Notes under the pieces: model-generated | What the model saw: the letters and a program-made list of their open reading frames with translations, nothing else | The model's database searches: none | Told to the model about the DNA's origin: nothing | Position numbers and translations under genes: made by a program | Shown: one piece after another, positions 19,403 through 28,593 of the stretch | Layout of the letters: each line of letters begins with the position of its first letter | Numbering within the stretch: the stretch's first letter is position 1 | Assembly: GCA_965242925.1 (NCBI GenBank) | Contig: CBDEUM010000034.1 | Location: forward strand, 160,001 to 224,000 | DNA from: Roseibacillus sp. | GTDB taxonomy: Bacteria > Verrucomicrobiota > Verrucomicrobiia > Verrucomicrobiales > Akkermansiaceae | DNA length: 64,000 nt | Direction: 5' to 3'

Positions 19403-20758
19403 ATGAGTTCCGATCCTCCCTCTGACGCCGTCACCTCCCGGTCCGGTGACACACCGGATTACCCGGGCAGGAACCCCGGAGAGAAACGCGATAACGGCGG
19501 CGGCAGGAACCGCCGACGACGGGGCGGCCCCGTGCGTGGAAGGGTGCGCGGCAGAACCCGCCGACGGGGCAATGATCGCAAGAAGGATAATCAGAGCCGC
19601 GAAATTGACGAGGGAGAACAGCGCAAGGACGTGGTTCTGAGCGGCCCCCCCATCGAAGTGGACGGCATGCTTGAACTCGCTCCCAAGGGTTTTGGATTTC
19701 TTCGTCGGCCCGAGAAGGATTTCGAACAATCGCGCGAAGACGTCTTCCTGCCCCCGGAACTCGTCCGTCGTGAAGGACTACGCCTTGGAATGTGGATCCA
19801 CGGCATCGCCCGGGAAGGCAATCGCGGACCGCAACTGGTCGAAGTAACCTCGGTCAACGACATGGCACCCAAAGAGGCGCGAAGCCTCGCCTTTTTTGAA
19901 GAACTCAAGGCCATCAATCCTGTTAAACGCATCCCTTTCGAGACTGAATCGGAGCGATTCACCACCCGGGTCATCGACATGATCGCTCCGATTGGTCGTG
20001 GTCAACGGGGTCTGATCGTATCGCCACCCCGCTCCGGTAAGACCACCCTCCTCCTTCACTTGGCCGAGGCTGTCCGAGAACGTCATTCCGAAAACCTCCA
20101 TCTCATGGTCCTACTCGTCGACGAGCGCCCCGAGGAAGTCACCGAATTCAAGCGCCAACTCCCGGAAGCCGAAATTTACGCCAGTTCGAACGACATGCAG
20201 GCCAACAATCACTGCCGCCTGGCGGAACTATGCATCGAGCGCGCCAAGCGCTTGGTCGAGGCCGGGAAGGACGTTTTTCTCCTTCTCGACTCCATCACCC
20301 GCCTGGCGCGCGCCTACAATAACAACATGGGGGGGGGCAAAGGTCGTGGCTACCAAACCGGAGGCATTGTGGCCGGAGCCCTCGAAATGCCCCGACGCCT
20401 GTTTGCCGCCGCCCGCAACACCAAGGAAGCCGGGTCCCTCACCATCGTTGGGACGGCCCTGATTCAGACCAATGCCAAAGCGGATGAGGCCATCTTTCAG
20501 GAGTTCAAGGGCACAGGAAACATGGAACTCGTGCTTGATCGTAAGATTGCAGAGAGCTTTATCTACCCTGCTGTCGACATCTTTAAATCGGGCACTCGGC
20601 GAGAGGAACTCCTTCTTCCCGAACACCTGCTCCACAAGATCTATCTGATCCGTCGCGGTCTTTCCGGACACCGCCCACTGGAGGCCATGGAACGCCTCCT
20701 CTTTTTCCTCAAGAAGTTCCCCAACAATGCCCAGATGTTGTTGGAGATCAAGGGATGA
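19403..20758 (+). CDS. rho: transcription termination factor Rho
   Basis: GFGFLR, PIGRGQRGLIV.PP.SGKT, DERPEEVT, DSITRLARAYN, EFKGTGNMEL, SGTRREELL. Confidence 0.97.
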   Translation: MSSDPPSDAVTSRSGDTPDYPGRNPGEKRDNGGGRNRRRRGGPVRGRVRGRTRRRGNDRKKDNQSREIDEGEQRKDVVLSGPPIEVDGMLELAPKGFGFLRRPEKDFEQSREDVFLPPELVRREGLRLGMWIHGIAREGNRGPQLVEVTSVNDMAPKEARSLAFFEELKAINPVKRIPFETESERFTTRVIDMIAPIGRGQRGLIVSPPRSGKTTLLLHLAEAVRERHSENLHLMVLLVDERPEEVTEFKRQLPEAEIYASSNDMQANNHCRLAELCIERAKRLVEAGKDVFLLLDSITRLARAYNNNMGGGKGRGYQTGGIVAGALEMPRRLFAAARNTKEAGSLTIVGTALIQTNAKADEAIFQEFKGTGNMELVLDRKIAESFIYPAVDIFKSGTRREELLLPEHLLHKIYLIRRGLSGHRPLEAMERLLFFLKKFPNNAQMLLEIKG

Positions 20759-20790
20759 TGAACAGGGCCCATCATGGCGCCCGTGGCACT

Positions 20791-21141
20791 TCATCCCCAG
20801 GTTGTTCACACTCTGTGAGGCACCCTTAGGCGATACCCTAAATATGCTAGTGGATCCGCCCACCCACGGACTCAAGACCTCCTGCCATCCGCATTCTCCC
20901 GGCGAATGGATCTGAATAAATTGTGCATAAACTTAGGAATCTAGTTTTTCTCTCCCATAACTACATGCTCATCAGTCTTTTATGTCGCATGTTCTAACGG
21001 TTAGATACTCCCAAAGGAAAATGAACGCAGCGTTGAGGTCTCCCGGGATTTCTTGCCTCAATTTTCATGGTTCTACATAAGACGTCTACCCCTCCCCCCC
21101 CCCGGTGATCAGCGAACATCGATTCGCCAGATTTGTTCACA
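20791..21141. promoter_or_regulatory. cluster of DnaA-box-like 9-mers (candidate oriC or DnaA-binding locus)
   Basis: TCATCCCCA-GG-TTGTTCACA (20791-20810), TCTGAATAA-AT-TGTGCATAA (20911-20930), TTGTTCACA (21133-21141) in a 560-bp lower-GC intergenic region. Confidence 0.5.
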
Positions 21142-21319
21142 GGATTTTCCCGGCTTGCAACCCCGACCCAGAAACCTTGAATCCATCATCGCTGATTAAC
21201 ATTTTCTAACAAGCCATTAGGTCCCGTCCCCAATCCCTCCCGCCCATGCTGGATATCAAACTTACCGTTGTCTAACGGGACGGCCTTTCGTAATTCTTCA
21301 CCTAGGAACGACTTCCTCT

Positions 21320-21940
21320 ATGACCGAATCTTCCTCTGATCGGGACCCCGATGACGCCTTAGACGTGTCGCTCATGGAAAAAGTGGCTCGGGGCGACCAT
21401 CAGGCCTTTGAGGAACTCGTTACCCGCCACAAGTATGCAGTTGTGGGCACGGTGGCCAAAATGCTGGGCAATCCCAGCGAGGCGGAGGATGTTGCCCAAC
21501 AGGTCTTCCTGCGCCTCTGGAAGAGTGCTGCCCGCTACCGGGCCACCGCCAAGTTCACCACCTATCTTTTTACCATCACCCGGAACCTCGTCTTCAACGA
21601 GACACGTAGAAAATTCCGCCGCAGTGAGCAATCCCTTGAGGAGCAGGAGGACGACTGGCATCAGCAGTTTCCGGAAGAGGTGCATGGCCGCCCCGACCAG
21701 CAGTTGCTGCAGTCCGAACTGCAGCAGGCCGTTGATCGGGCCATTGCCGCCCTCCCCAAGAAGCAGCGCATGGCGGTTGTCCTTCGCCGTTACGAGCACA
21801 TGCCCTACGACGAAATCGGCGAAGTGCTGGGCCTTTCGGTTTCAGCGATCAAGAGTCAGCTCTTTCGTGCCCGGAGCAGCCTGAGAGACACCCTTAAGCA
21901 TTACCTGGATCAGGAGTCGGGCGCCCCGGAAACCGACTAG
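21320..21940 (+). CDS. ECF-type RNA polymerase sigma factor
   Basis: AEDVAQQVFLRLW, FTTYLFTITRN (region 2); LPKKQRMAVVLR..EHMPYDEIG.VLG.S..AIKS.LFRAR (region 4). Confidence 0.95.
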   Translation: MTESSSDRDPDDALDVSLMEKVARGDHQAFEELVTRHKYAVVGTVAKMLGNPSEAEDVAQQVFLRLWKSAARYRATAKFTTYLFTITRNLVFNETRRKFRRSEQSLEEQEDDWHQQFPEEVHGRPDQQLLQSELQQAVDRAIAALPKKQRMAVVLRRYEHMPYDEIGEVLGLSVSAIKSQLFRARSSLRDTLKHYLDQESGAPETD

Positions 21941-22536
21941 CCCTCCGGATCTTCCACACCGGACACTCGACTCGGCTTATCCCTCACTGCATCCGTCAGG
22001 ACGCGCCAGTCCAAGTCCCCGGAATCTATCCGCTGGTTCTCATATTCGAACACCGCATCTTCGTTACGCGGATCGATATGGGCAGCCAGTTCGATGAAGC
22101 ATCGGGCCAGAAGCCGCTCATTCTCATTGTCGTTGTTGCTTTTGAGGAGGAGTTTGGCGCGGGTCACCAGGAGCCGCGCAAAGGTGCGTGGATTGTAGTC
22201 GCCCTTCTTGATCTCAGGAATCACCCCCTCGCGCAGCTGAAAATTAATCACCACGGCCTGCTTGTTGCGGCGCTCCAGATGAAGGGCCAGCGCCAGGATG
22301 CGCCGCGCGCTTTCCAGAGACTCCTTGCTTGCCTTCTTGACGGAAACCAGGTTGGCCGCATAGGCCGCCAGATTGGTGGCATAATTATGCCGTTCCTGTG
22401 CCAACATCACGCTGTCGTCGAAGATAACCTTCTGCACGATGGGTGACTGATAGGCGAAGGCTGCGGGACTATTCTCCGACTGCCCACAGACCGTGGACAC
22501 CGAAAGAAGGGTGACGACCATTCCTTGCTTCAACAT
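21937..22536 (-). CDS. hypothetical exported helical protein
   Basis: 199-aa ORF with signal-like N-terminus filling the gap; 4-nt convergent overlap with the sigma gene. Confidence 0.7.
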   Translation of the reverse strand: MLKQGMVVTLLSVSTVCGQSENSPAAFAYQSPIVQKVIFDDSVMLAQERHNYATNLAAYAANLVSVKKASKESLESARRILALALHLERRNKQAVVINFQLREGVIPEIKKGDYNPRTFARLLVTRAKLLLKSNNDNENERLLARCFIELAAHIDPRNEDAVFEYENQRIDSGDLDWRVLTDAVRDKPSRVSGVEDPEG

Positions 22537-22578
22537 TAAAACCGTTCATATAATCCTTTTGAAAAGATCTCTTCGCAA

Positions 22579-23175
22579 GTGGCAAATCCACCTCCTTCTC
22601 ACCATAAAGAGCACTGTCGGGAACTGCTTCAAACGCTCCTCACCGCCTCCGGAAGTGAAAAGCGGCACGAGTGGAGCAGCCGTATCTGCCGCTGTTTGGC
22701 CCATTGGATCCCGTCCCTGCACGAGGTAAGGACGATCGCCACCTACGCCGCACTGGAGACGGAGGTCCACCTTGGACCTCTGCATTCCGCCCTGCAGGAT
22801 AGCTACCAGTTCGCCTACCCACTCGTGGTAGACGACACCCTGCGGTTTTACCGGGTGGCAGATCCCTCCGAGTTGACAACAGGCGCTTTTGGCGTCCTTG
22901 AGCCCGATCCCCGGTTGCATGACGTGGCGTGTGCCGATGAATTGGATCTCTGCCTCTGCCCGGGACTCGGCTTCACTCGCGGAGGGGTGCGACTCGGACG
23001 CGGCAAGGCCTACTACGACTCAGTGCTCCCCCAAATTCCTTCCACCGTGTTCCGGGTAGGCATCGCCTTCGAATTACAGGTCCGCAACTTCCTTCCTCGC
23101 GATACCCACGACGTGCTCATGACACACCTCGGCACCGAAGAAGGGGTCACGCCCATTCGGGCAGCTTCATCTTGA
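22579..23175 (+). CDS. 5-formyltetrahydrofolate cyclo-ligase
   Basis: FGVLEP, PGLGF..GGVRLGRGKAYYD, HDV. Confidence 0.92.
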   Translation: MANPPPSHHKEHCRELLQTLLTASGSEKRHEWSSRICRCLAHWIPSLHEVRTIATYAALETEVHLGPLHSALQDSYQFAYPLVVDDTLRFYRVADPSELTTGAFGVLEPDPRLHDVACADELDLCLCPGLGFTRGGVRLGRGKAYYDSVLPQIPSTVFRVGIAFELQVRNFLPRDTHDVLMTHLGTEEGVTPIRAASS

Positions 23176-23536
23176 AACGCGGAATGCGCACGAAGACCCG
23201 CCGTCCTTCTTCTGTCAATCCGAAGAAGGAACCCTCGGCGTGTCCACTGCCACGGGCCACATGATAACTGTTGTAGGAAAATTCCTCGCCGGGCCCCAGA
23301 TTGGGCATCTGCCCCACCACTCCGTCGCCCTCGACCACGATCAATTCGTCGGTCTGATCCTCACGGACCAGCCACTTGCGCCCCTGTATGCTGACCCGTT
23401 CGGCTGAGTGATTCCGGATATTGAGAAAGTAGACGAAGGGATGCGGGCGGTCTTCCGGGTGATCGAGACTCGGCATGTAGATGACATCATCGACCACCAC
23501 GCTCAAGCCATCCAGTTCTTTAAAGGAAGCGTCCAC
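23147..23536 (-). CDS. apaG: ApaG domain protein
   Basis: F.Y.LNIRN, RKWLV, VEGDGVVGQMPNLGPGEEFSYNS. Confidence 0.88.
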   Translation of the reverse strand: MDASFKELDGLSVVVDDVIYMPSLDHPEDRPHPFVYFLNIRNHSAERVSIQGRKWLVREDQTDELIVVEGDGVVGQMPNLGPGEEFSYNSYHVARGSGHAEGSFFGLTEEGRRVFVRIPRFKMKLPEWA

Positions 23537-23544
23537 CGCCCTGC

Positions 23545-23573
23545 AGCCTAGTGCTGCCGCAGGAGGTTGCCAA
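23545..23573 (-). promoter_or_regulatory. putative promoter of apaG (near-leaderless)
   Basis: TTGGCA-17 bp-TAGGCT, 8 nt before GTG. Confidence 0.5.
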
Positions 23574-23585
23574 GGACAAGGTTGC

Positions 23586-23614
23586 TTGCGGCTCCAGCCA
23601 CGCCCCCCTATTCT
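23586..23614 (+). promoter_or_regulatory. putative promoter of thiD (leaderless)
   Basis: TTGCGG-17 bp-TATTCT, 6 nt before ATG. Confidence 0.5.
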
Positions 23615-23620
23615 CGCCCC

Positions 23621-24463
23621 ATGTCCGGCCCGCCCGTCGCTTTGACCATTGCCGGATCTGATTGCTGTGCCGGGGCCGGGATTCAGGCCGACCTGAAGAC
23701 CTTCTCGCTTCTGGGTGTCCATGGTGTGACTGCGGTCAGCGCGGTGGTGGCCGAGACTCCCTGGGCCGTGCATAGCACCTACCATCTGTCCCCGACGGCT
23801 CTCCAGGAGCAGATTCGCATCCTCCTCGACTGCTACCCGGTTGCCACCATCAAGACCGGACTTCTGGGATCCGCTCCCCATGTCACCGCGGTGGCCGAAT
23901 TACTTGAGGGGCGAGAGCAACCCCTGGTCGTTGATCCCGTGCTCGGCTCCTCTACCGGTACGATCTTTGCCTCAAAGGATGTCATCCGTGCCTACTGCGA
24001 GCGACTCCTCCCCATCGCCACCCTCGTGACGCCCAATCTCCCCGAAGCCGAGAGGCTCCTTGTCGGAAGGGTGGAACCCGGCCCCCCTGATGAACATCCC
24101 GCTCTCGGAGTGGCGCGGCAACTTGCTCAGGAGCTGGGCATCACCGTGCTCCTCACCGGAGGACACAGTATCTGGAACGACCAGGCCACCGACATATTCT
24201 GCCATCGTGAGGAGGTCCAATACTTCAGTCATCCGAAGATTGATCTCCCCGGCGCCCATGGCACGGGCTGCGCCTACTCCGCTGCCATCACCGGGTTCCT
24301 CGCCCGCGGCCTTGATATGAGGAAGTCCATCGCTAAAGCCAAGGCTCACGTGACCCGGCTTCTTCAAACCTCCTACACCTGGACGGGCGTAGCCCCGGAC
24401 AATTCAGTGCGCACCCTGAATCAACTGCCGGACACAATCTTCGATTCCGGGGAAAGCAAATAG
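23621..24463 (+). CDS. thiD: hydroxymethylpyrimidine/phosphomethylpyrimidine kinase
   Basis: LTIAGSD..AGAGIQADLKTF, VVDPV, TPNLPEA, HGTGCAYS. Confidence 0.95.
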   Translation: MSGPPVALTIAGSDCCAGAGIQADLKTFSLLGVHGVTAVSAVVAETPWAVHSTYHLSPTALQEQIRILLDCYPVATIKTGLLGSAPHVTAVAELLEGREQPLVVDPVLGSSTGTIFASKDVIRAYCERLLPIATLVTPNLPEAERLLVGRVEPGPPDEHPALGVARQLAQELGITVLLTGGHSIWNDQATDIFCHREEVQYFSHPKIDLPGAHGTGCAYSAAITGFLARGLDMRKSIAKAKAHVTRLLQTSYTWTGVAPDNSVRTLNQLPDTIFDSGESK

Positions 24464-24497
24464 TTGCGAGCGCCGGAATTCTGGCCAGAGTTCCGGA

Positions 24498-25049
24498 GTG
24501 GAACCTGATCCCTACGCCGATTTCCACTCCGCCGAAACCGGCGAGCCCTTTCGAGATTGCATCAGTTGTGGATTGGATCTCGATCACGATCCGGACCTCC
24601 CTTATCTCGTTGCCAAGAGCTACCGGCGAGGTGAATGCATCTTCGAATACGCCATCTGCGACGATTGCCGTTCCAACATGGCGCAGGAGTTCTCCAGCGA
24701 ATCCCGACAGGCTCTCTCACGGTTCTTTCAGGAGCAGGTAAACCTGCGCGATCGCTCCATCCTCCTCGCAATTGGTGACGAACCCGCACTCTGGATAGAG
24801 AAATGTGCTTCCTGTGAGACCTTTCGCAACCAGCTGGAGAGCTACTCCCTGGGCGGATTACTCCTCGGCAGGAATATGATCTACGACCCCTACCCGCTGT
24901 GCCTCTGCGGCAAGTGCGAGGAGAAAATCCAGGAACTCCTCTCCCAGAAGACCCGCGGGATATGGGACGATTTCGTAGACACCCACTTCGACGGCCCCCC
25001 CGCCGGCGTAGAAGACCTCCCTGTCAGGGGCCGTCCGCTCCCGTTCTAG
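24498..25049 (+). CDS. hypothetical protein with four CxxC pairs (putative double zinc finger)
   Basis: CISC, CDDC, CASC, CGKC arranged as two similar halves. Confidence 0.75.
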   Translation: MEPDPYADFHSAETGEPFRDCISCGLDLDHDPDLPYLVAKSYRRGECIFEYAICDDCRSNMAQEFSSESRQALSRFFQEQVNLRDRSILLAIGDEPALWIEKCASCETFRNQLESYSLGGLLLGRNMIYDPYPLCLCGKCEEKIQELLSQKTRGIWDDFVDTHFDGPPAGVEDLPVRGRPLPF

Positions 25050-25087
25050 CTTCCAGTCCGGCATCAGCGCCACTCCCGGGACAGGGG

Positions 25088-25162
25088 TGGCAGCCCCGCA
25101 TGGACTCGAACCATGAATGACTGAACCAAAATCAGCTGTGTTACCAATTACACCACAGGGCT
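25088..25162 (-). tRNA. tRNA-Gln(TTG)
   Basis: Cloverleaf: acceptor AGCCCTG/CGGGGCT, anticodon arm GCTGA-TTTTGGT-TCAGT, T arm CATGG-TTCGAGT-CCATG, encoded CCA. Confidence 0.97.
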
Positions 25163-25284
25163 TTTGACTGCCGCGGCGCTAGATAGGGTGATTCTGGGAG
25201 ATATTCAACCCAGAATGCACGAAAGCGTAGCAAGCCACTTGACTCTCCGCTCCCCGGTCGAGAGGTTCTCGCCGACAGCAGAAG

Positions 25285-26367
25285 ATGGAATTTGGTGGCC
25301 TGATCGAACAGCGCCGGGAACGCCTGGCGGAACTGGAGGAACTCATCTCCCAGCCGGACTTCTATAACGACCAGAAGGCCGCCGCGGAAGTGATGAGGGA
25401 GCATCGTGGACTCCAGAAACTCATGAACCTCTGGGAAACCTACCAATCCGCAAACCTGAATCTGGAGGAGAACCGCGAACTGGCTAGAGACGAAGACACC
25501 GAGATCGCCGCCATGGCAACCGAGGAGATTCCGACCCTTGAAGCGGCTCTTCCCGGATTGGAGGAAAACCTGCAATATGCCCTCCTGCCTCAGGATCCGA
25601 CCGAGGAGCGCAATGCACTTGTAGAAATCCGGGCCGGTGCGGGCGGTGACGAAGCCTCTCTCTTCGCAGGAGAGGTTATGCGCATGTACGAACGCTACGC
25701 GGAGAACTGCGGCTGGAGGTGCGAGCAACTGGAGAGCAGTCCATCCGAAGTAGGAGGCTACAAGGAGGTGGTGCTCAAGGTAAGCGGAGACGAGGTTTTC
25801 CGGCGTATGAAGTATGAAAGCGGTGTCCACCGCGTCCAGCGGGTGCCCACCACCGAGACGCAGGGACGCATTCATACCTCCACCGTAACGGTAGCGGTGA
25901 TGCCCGAGGCACAGGACGTCGATATTGAACTGAAGATGGATGAGCTGCAGATCCAAGCCACCCGCTCAAGTGGCCCGGGAGGACAGCACGTCAACACCAC
26001 CGACTCTGCGGTACAGGTCACTCACCTTCCCAGCGGGATTCAGGTGAAATGCCAGGACGGGAGGAGTCAGGGTCAGAACAAGGAGAAGGCCCTTGAGATT
26101 CTCCGGTCCAAATTGTTTGAAGCGAAACAGCACGAGGAACAGGAGAAATACTCGGCCCAGAGGCGCGCCCTGATCGGCTCGGGAGATCGATCCGAGAAGA
26201 TCCGGACCTATAATTTCCCGCAATCCCGTGTCACTGATCACCGTATTAATCACACCTCCCACAATCTGGAAGGAATTCTAACGGGCTCGGTCGAAGAATT
26301 CACCGAAGAACTGCAGAAGGCAGAGATGTCCCAACGTCTCGCAGAATCCGGCCTCAAGCCCGAATAG
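25285..26367 (+). CDS. prfA: peptide chain release factor 1
   Basis: GGQ motif, PTT (PxT) recognition loop, ESGVHRVQRVP, RTYNFPQ. Confidence 0.97.
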   Translation: MEFGGLIEQRRERLAELEELISQPDFYNDQKAAAEVMREHRGLQKLMNLWETYQSANLNLEENRELARDEDTEIAAMATEEIPTLEAALPGLEENLQYALLPQDPTEERNALVEIRAGAGGDEASLFAGEVMRMYERYAENCGWRCEQLESSPSEVGGYKEVVLKVSGDEVFRRMKYESGVHRVQRVPTTETQGRIHTSTVTVAVMPEAQDVDIELKMDELQIQATRSSGPGGQHVNTTDSAVQVTHLPSGIQVKCQDGRSQGQNKEKALEILRSKLFEAKQHEEQEKYSAQRRALIGSGDRSEKIRTYNFPQSRVTDHRINHTSHNLEGILTGSVEEFTEELQKAEMSQRLAESGLKPE

Positions 26368-26391
26368 GAGGATCGGCGCTATCCTCATCCC

Positions 26392-27261
26392 ATGAAGACC
26401 GTCCTGGAATGCATCCAAAGCGGGGCAAAATACCTCCGGGACCGCGGTGTCGACGGGGCCAGACGTAACATGGAGTGGTTGGTGGCCCGGCAAATGGAAT
26501 GCAGTCGTATCGAACTCTACACTCAGTTCGACCGCCCCATGTCTGAAGCCGAGCTCGAGCCGTTGAGGGATCTTCTCAAGCGACGGAGCCTGGGAGAACC
26601 ACTCCAGCACCTCCTGGGGACAGTGGAGTTCTGTGGCCGGGAGTTCCTCTGCGATCAACGCGCACTGGTCCCCCGACCTGAAACCGAAGAACTGATCGAA
26701 GAGGTCCTGAAACTGGAATTTCTCCGCCCGGCCCGCGTGCTCGACATGGGGACAGGCAGCGGCGTAATTGGCATCACCGTTGCCTTGGCCCTCGCTGAGG
26801 ACTGCCGGGAAACCGTTCTCGCCGACATTTCTGCCGACGCGCTCGGCCTGGCACGTGAGAATGCGGAAAAACACGATCTGGCTCCGGTCCTTCTGCAAAG
26901 CGATCTTTTCACGGAGGTTGAAGGAACCTTCAATTTGATCGTGGCCAACCTCCCCTACGTCGCCGACGGGGAGAGGGAGCTCCTTTCCCGGGAAGTCTCC
27001 CACGACCCGGACCTGGCCCTCTTCGCAGGCCCCGGGGGCCTCGACGCCTTCCAGCGCTTTTTCCCCGCGGTCCCTGCTCATCTCGCTCCCGGCGGTTGGG
27101 TTGCTCTTGAGATCGGCGCCAACCAGGGGCAACAGGTGACCTCTCTCGCCGAAACCTGCGGATTTGAATCCATTTGTCTCGGCAATGATCTTTCCGGAAA
27201 TCCCCGCTTTGTCTTTGCGCGGGCAGCCGGACATGACGAAGATACCCCCGCTCCACTCTAA
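26392..27261 (+). CDS. prmC: release factor glutamine methyltransferase
   Basis: GEPLQHLLG, PRPETE, DMGTGSG, NLPY; follows prfA. Confidence 0.95.
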   Translation: MKTVLECIQSGAKYLRDRGVDGARRNMEWLVARQMECSRIELYTQFDRPMSEAELEPLRDLLKRRSLGEPLQHLLGTVEFCGREFLCDQRALVPRPETEELIEEVLKLEFLRPARVLDMGTGSGVIGITVALALAEDCRETVLADISADALGLARENAEKHDLAPVLLQSDLFTEVEGTFNLIVANLPYVADGERELLSREVSHDPDLALFAGPGGLDAFQRFFPAVPAHLAPGGWVALEIGANQGQQVTSLAETCGFESICLGNDLSGNPRFVFARAAGHDEDTPAPL

Positions 27262-28530
27262 ATGGATAAACTTCTCGTCCACGGAAACGGATCCCTGCAG
27301 GGATCCATCAATATCTCAGGATCGAAGAATGCCTCCCTGCCCATCCTGGCGGCCTCTCTTCTCTCCAGCGAACCTTCCATCGTTCGGAGGGTTCCCGACG
27401 TCTCGGACACCAATTACATGCTGCAGATCCTCCGAGCCCTGGGGGCGGAGGTAGAACGATCCAGTGGCACGGTACGGGTGGAACCCGCCAGCATTGCCCC
27501 GGAAGCCCCCTACGACCTTGTCCGCAAGATGCGGGCCTCCATCTGCGTGATGGGACCACTTCTGGCCCGGGTGGGGCGTGCCAAGATTTCCCTGCCCGGA
27601 GGATGTGTGATTGGGGACCGCCCGGTCGACCTTCATCTCAAGGCCATGCAGGGGTTGGGAGCCCGGGTCGAGATGGAAGGCGGGGATATCATCCTGAGCG
27701 CCCCCGGGGGACTGCTTGGCGCTGAAATAGATATGCGTGGTAAACACGGTCCCACCGTGTTGGGGACCGATAACCTGATGATGGCCGCAGTTCTGGCCAA
27801 GGGCACCACCGTGATTGATTCTGCCGCCAGCGAACCGGAGGTGGTGGACCTTGCTAATTTCCTCGTCAAAATGGGGGCCCGCATCAAGGGAGCCGGTACC
27901 CGGAGAATCGAGATCAAAGGGGTCGAAGAGCTCAAAGGCGTGGAACACACCATCATCCCTGACCGGATCGAGGCGGGAACATTCATGGTGGCAGGTGCGA
28001 TGGCGGGAGAAGGGGTGACCTTGCGGCGGGTGTGCCGGGAGCATCTCAAGGCTGCCACCGAAAAACTGGAAGAGGCCGGGCATGACGTGCTCTTCAACGA
28101 GACCGGCACGGAAGTAACGATCTCGCCAGGGGAAGCGCCCCGGGGTTGCGACGTCACCACTGCTCCCTACCCCGGATTCCCCACCGACATGCAGGCCCAG
28201 TTTACGGCCATGTTTGCCACGACGCCGGGCATCTCGCTGGTGGAGGATGCCATATTTCCCCAGCGCTTCATGCATTGCTCCGAAATGAAACGCATGGGGG
28301 CCGACATCACGGTCGACGGAGGGCGGGCGCTGGTGCGAGGGGTCCAGCGTCTCAGTGCGGCCCCGGTCATGGCCTCGGACCTTCGGGCTTCGGCCGCCCT
28401 TGTGCTTGCTGCACTCAAGGCTGAAGGAACCACCGAAATCAACCGCCTTTACCATATCGACCGGGGATACGAGCATATAGACGACAAACTGCTGCAACTT
28501 GGGGGACAGGTCGAACGCGTCCCGGCCTGA
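27262..28530 (+). CDS. murA: UDP-N-acetylglucosamine 1-carboxyvinyltransferase
   Basis: SGSKNA, MRAS, LPGGCVIGDRPVDLH, PDRIEAGT, YPGFPTDMQ, DLRA. Confidence 0.97.
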   Translation: MDKLLVHGNGSLQGSINISGSKNASLPILAASLLSSEPSIVRRVPDVSDTNYMLQILRALGAEVERSSGTVRVEPASIAPEAPYDLVRKMRASICVMGPLLARVGRAKISLPGGCVIGDRPVDLHLKAMQGLGARVEMEGGDIILSAPGGLLGAEIDMRGKHGPTVLGTDNLMMAAVLAKGTTVIDSAASEPEVVDLANFLVKMGARIKGAGTRRIEIKGVEELKGVEHTIIPDRIEAGTFMVAGAMAGEGVTLRRVCREHLKAATEKLEEAGHDVLFNETGTEVTISPGEAPRGCDVTTAPYPGFPTDMQAQFTAMFATTPGISLVEDAIFPQRFMHCSEMKRMGADITVDGGRALVRGVQRLSAAPVMASDLRASAALVLAALKAEGTTEINRLYHIDRGYEHIDDKLLQLGGQVERVPA

Positions 28531-28593
28531 CAACCCTTCCCGGGAAGATGTTCCATATTGGCAGTTGCATCATGACTATGATAAGAAACTAAC

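Noticed and set aside
20329..20337. G9 tract in rho (and C9 tract in hisH) as phase-variation sites
   Set aside because: In-frame Gly/Pro codons in intact housekeeping genes; no sign of switching
22537..22578. 6S RNA upstream of the 5-formyl-THF cyclo-ligase gene
   Set aside because: The spacer is only 42 bp
25050..25284. Integrative element at tRNA-Gln
   Set aside because: No integrase or duplicated tRNA 3' end seen; the flanking genes are not mobile-element genes
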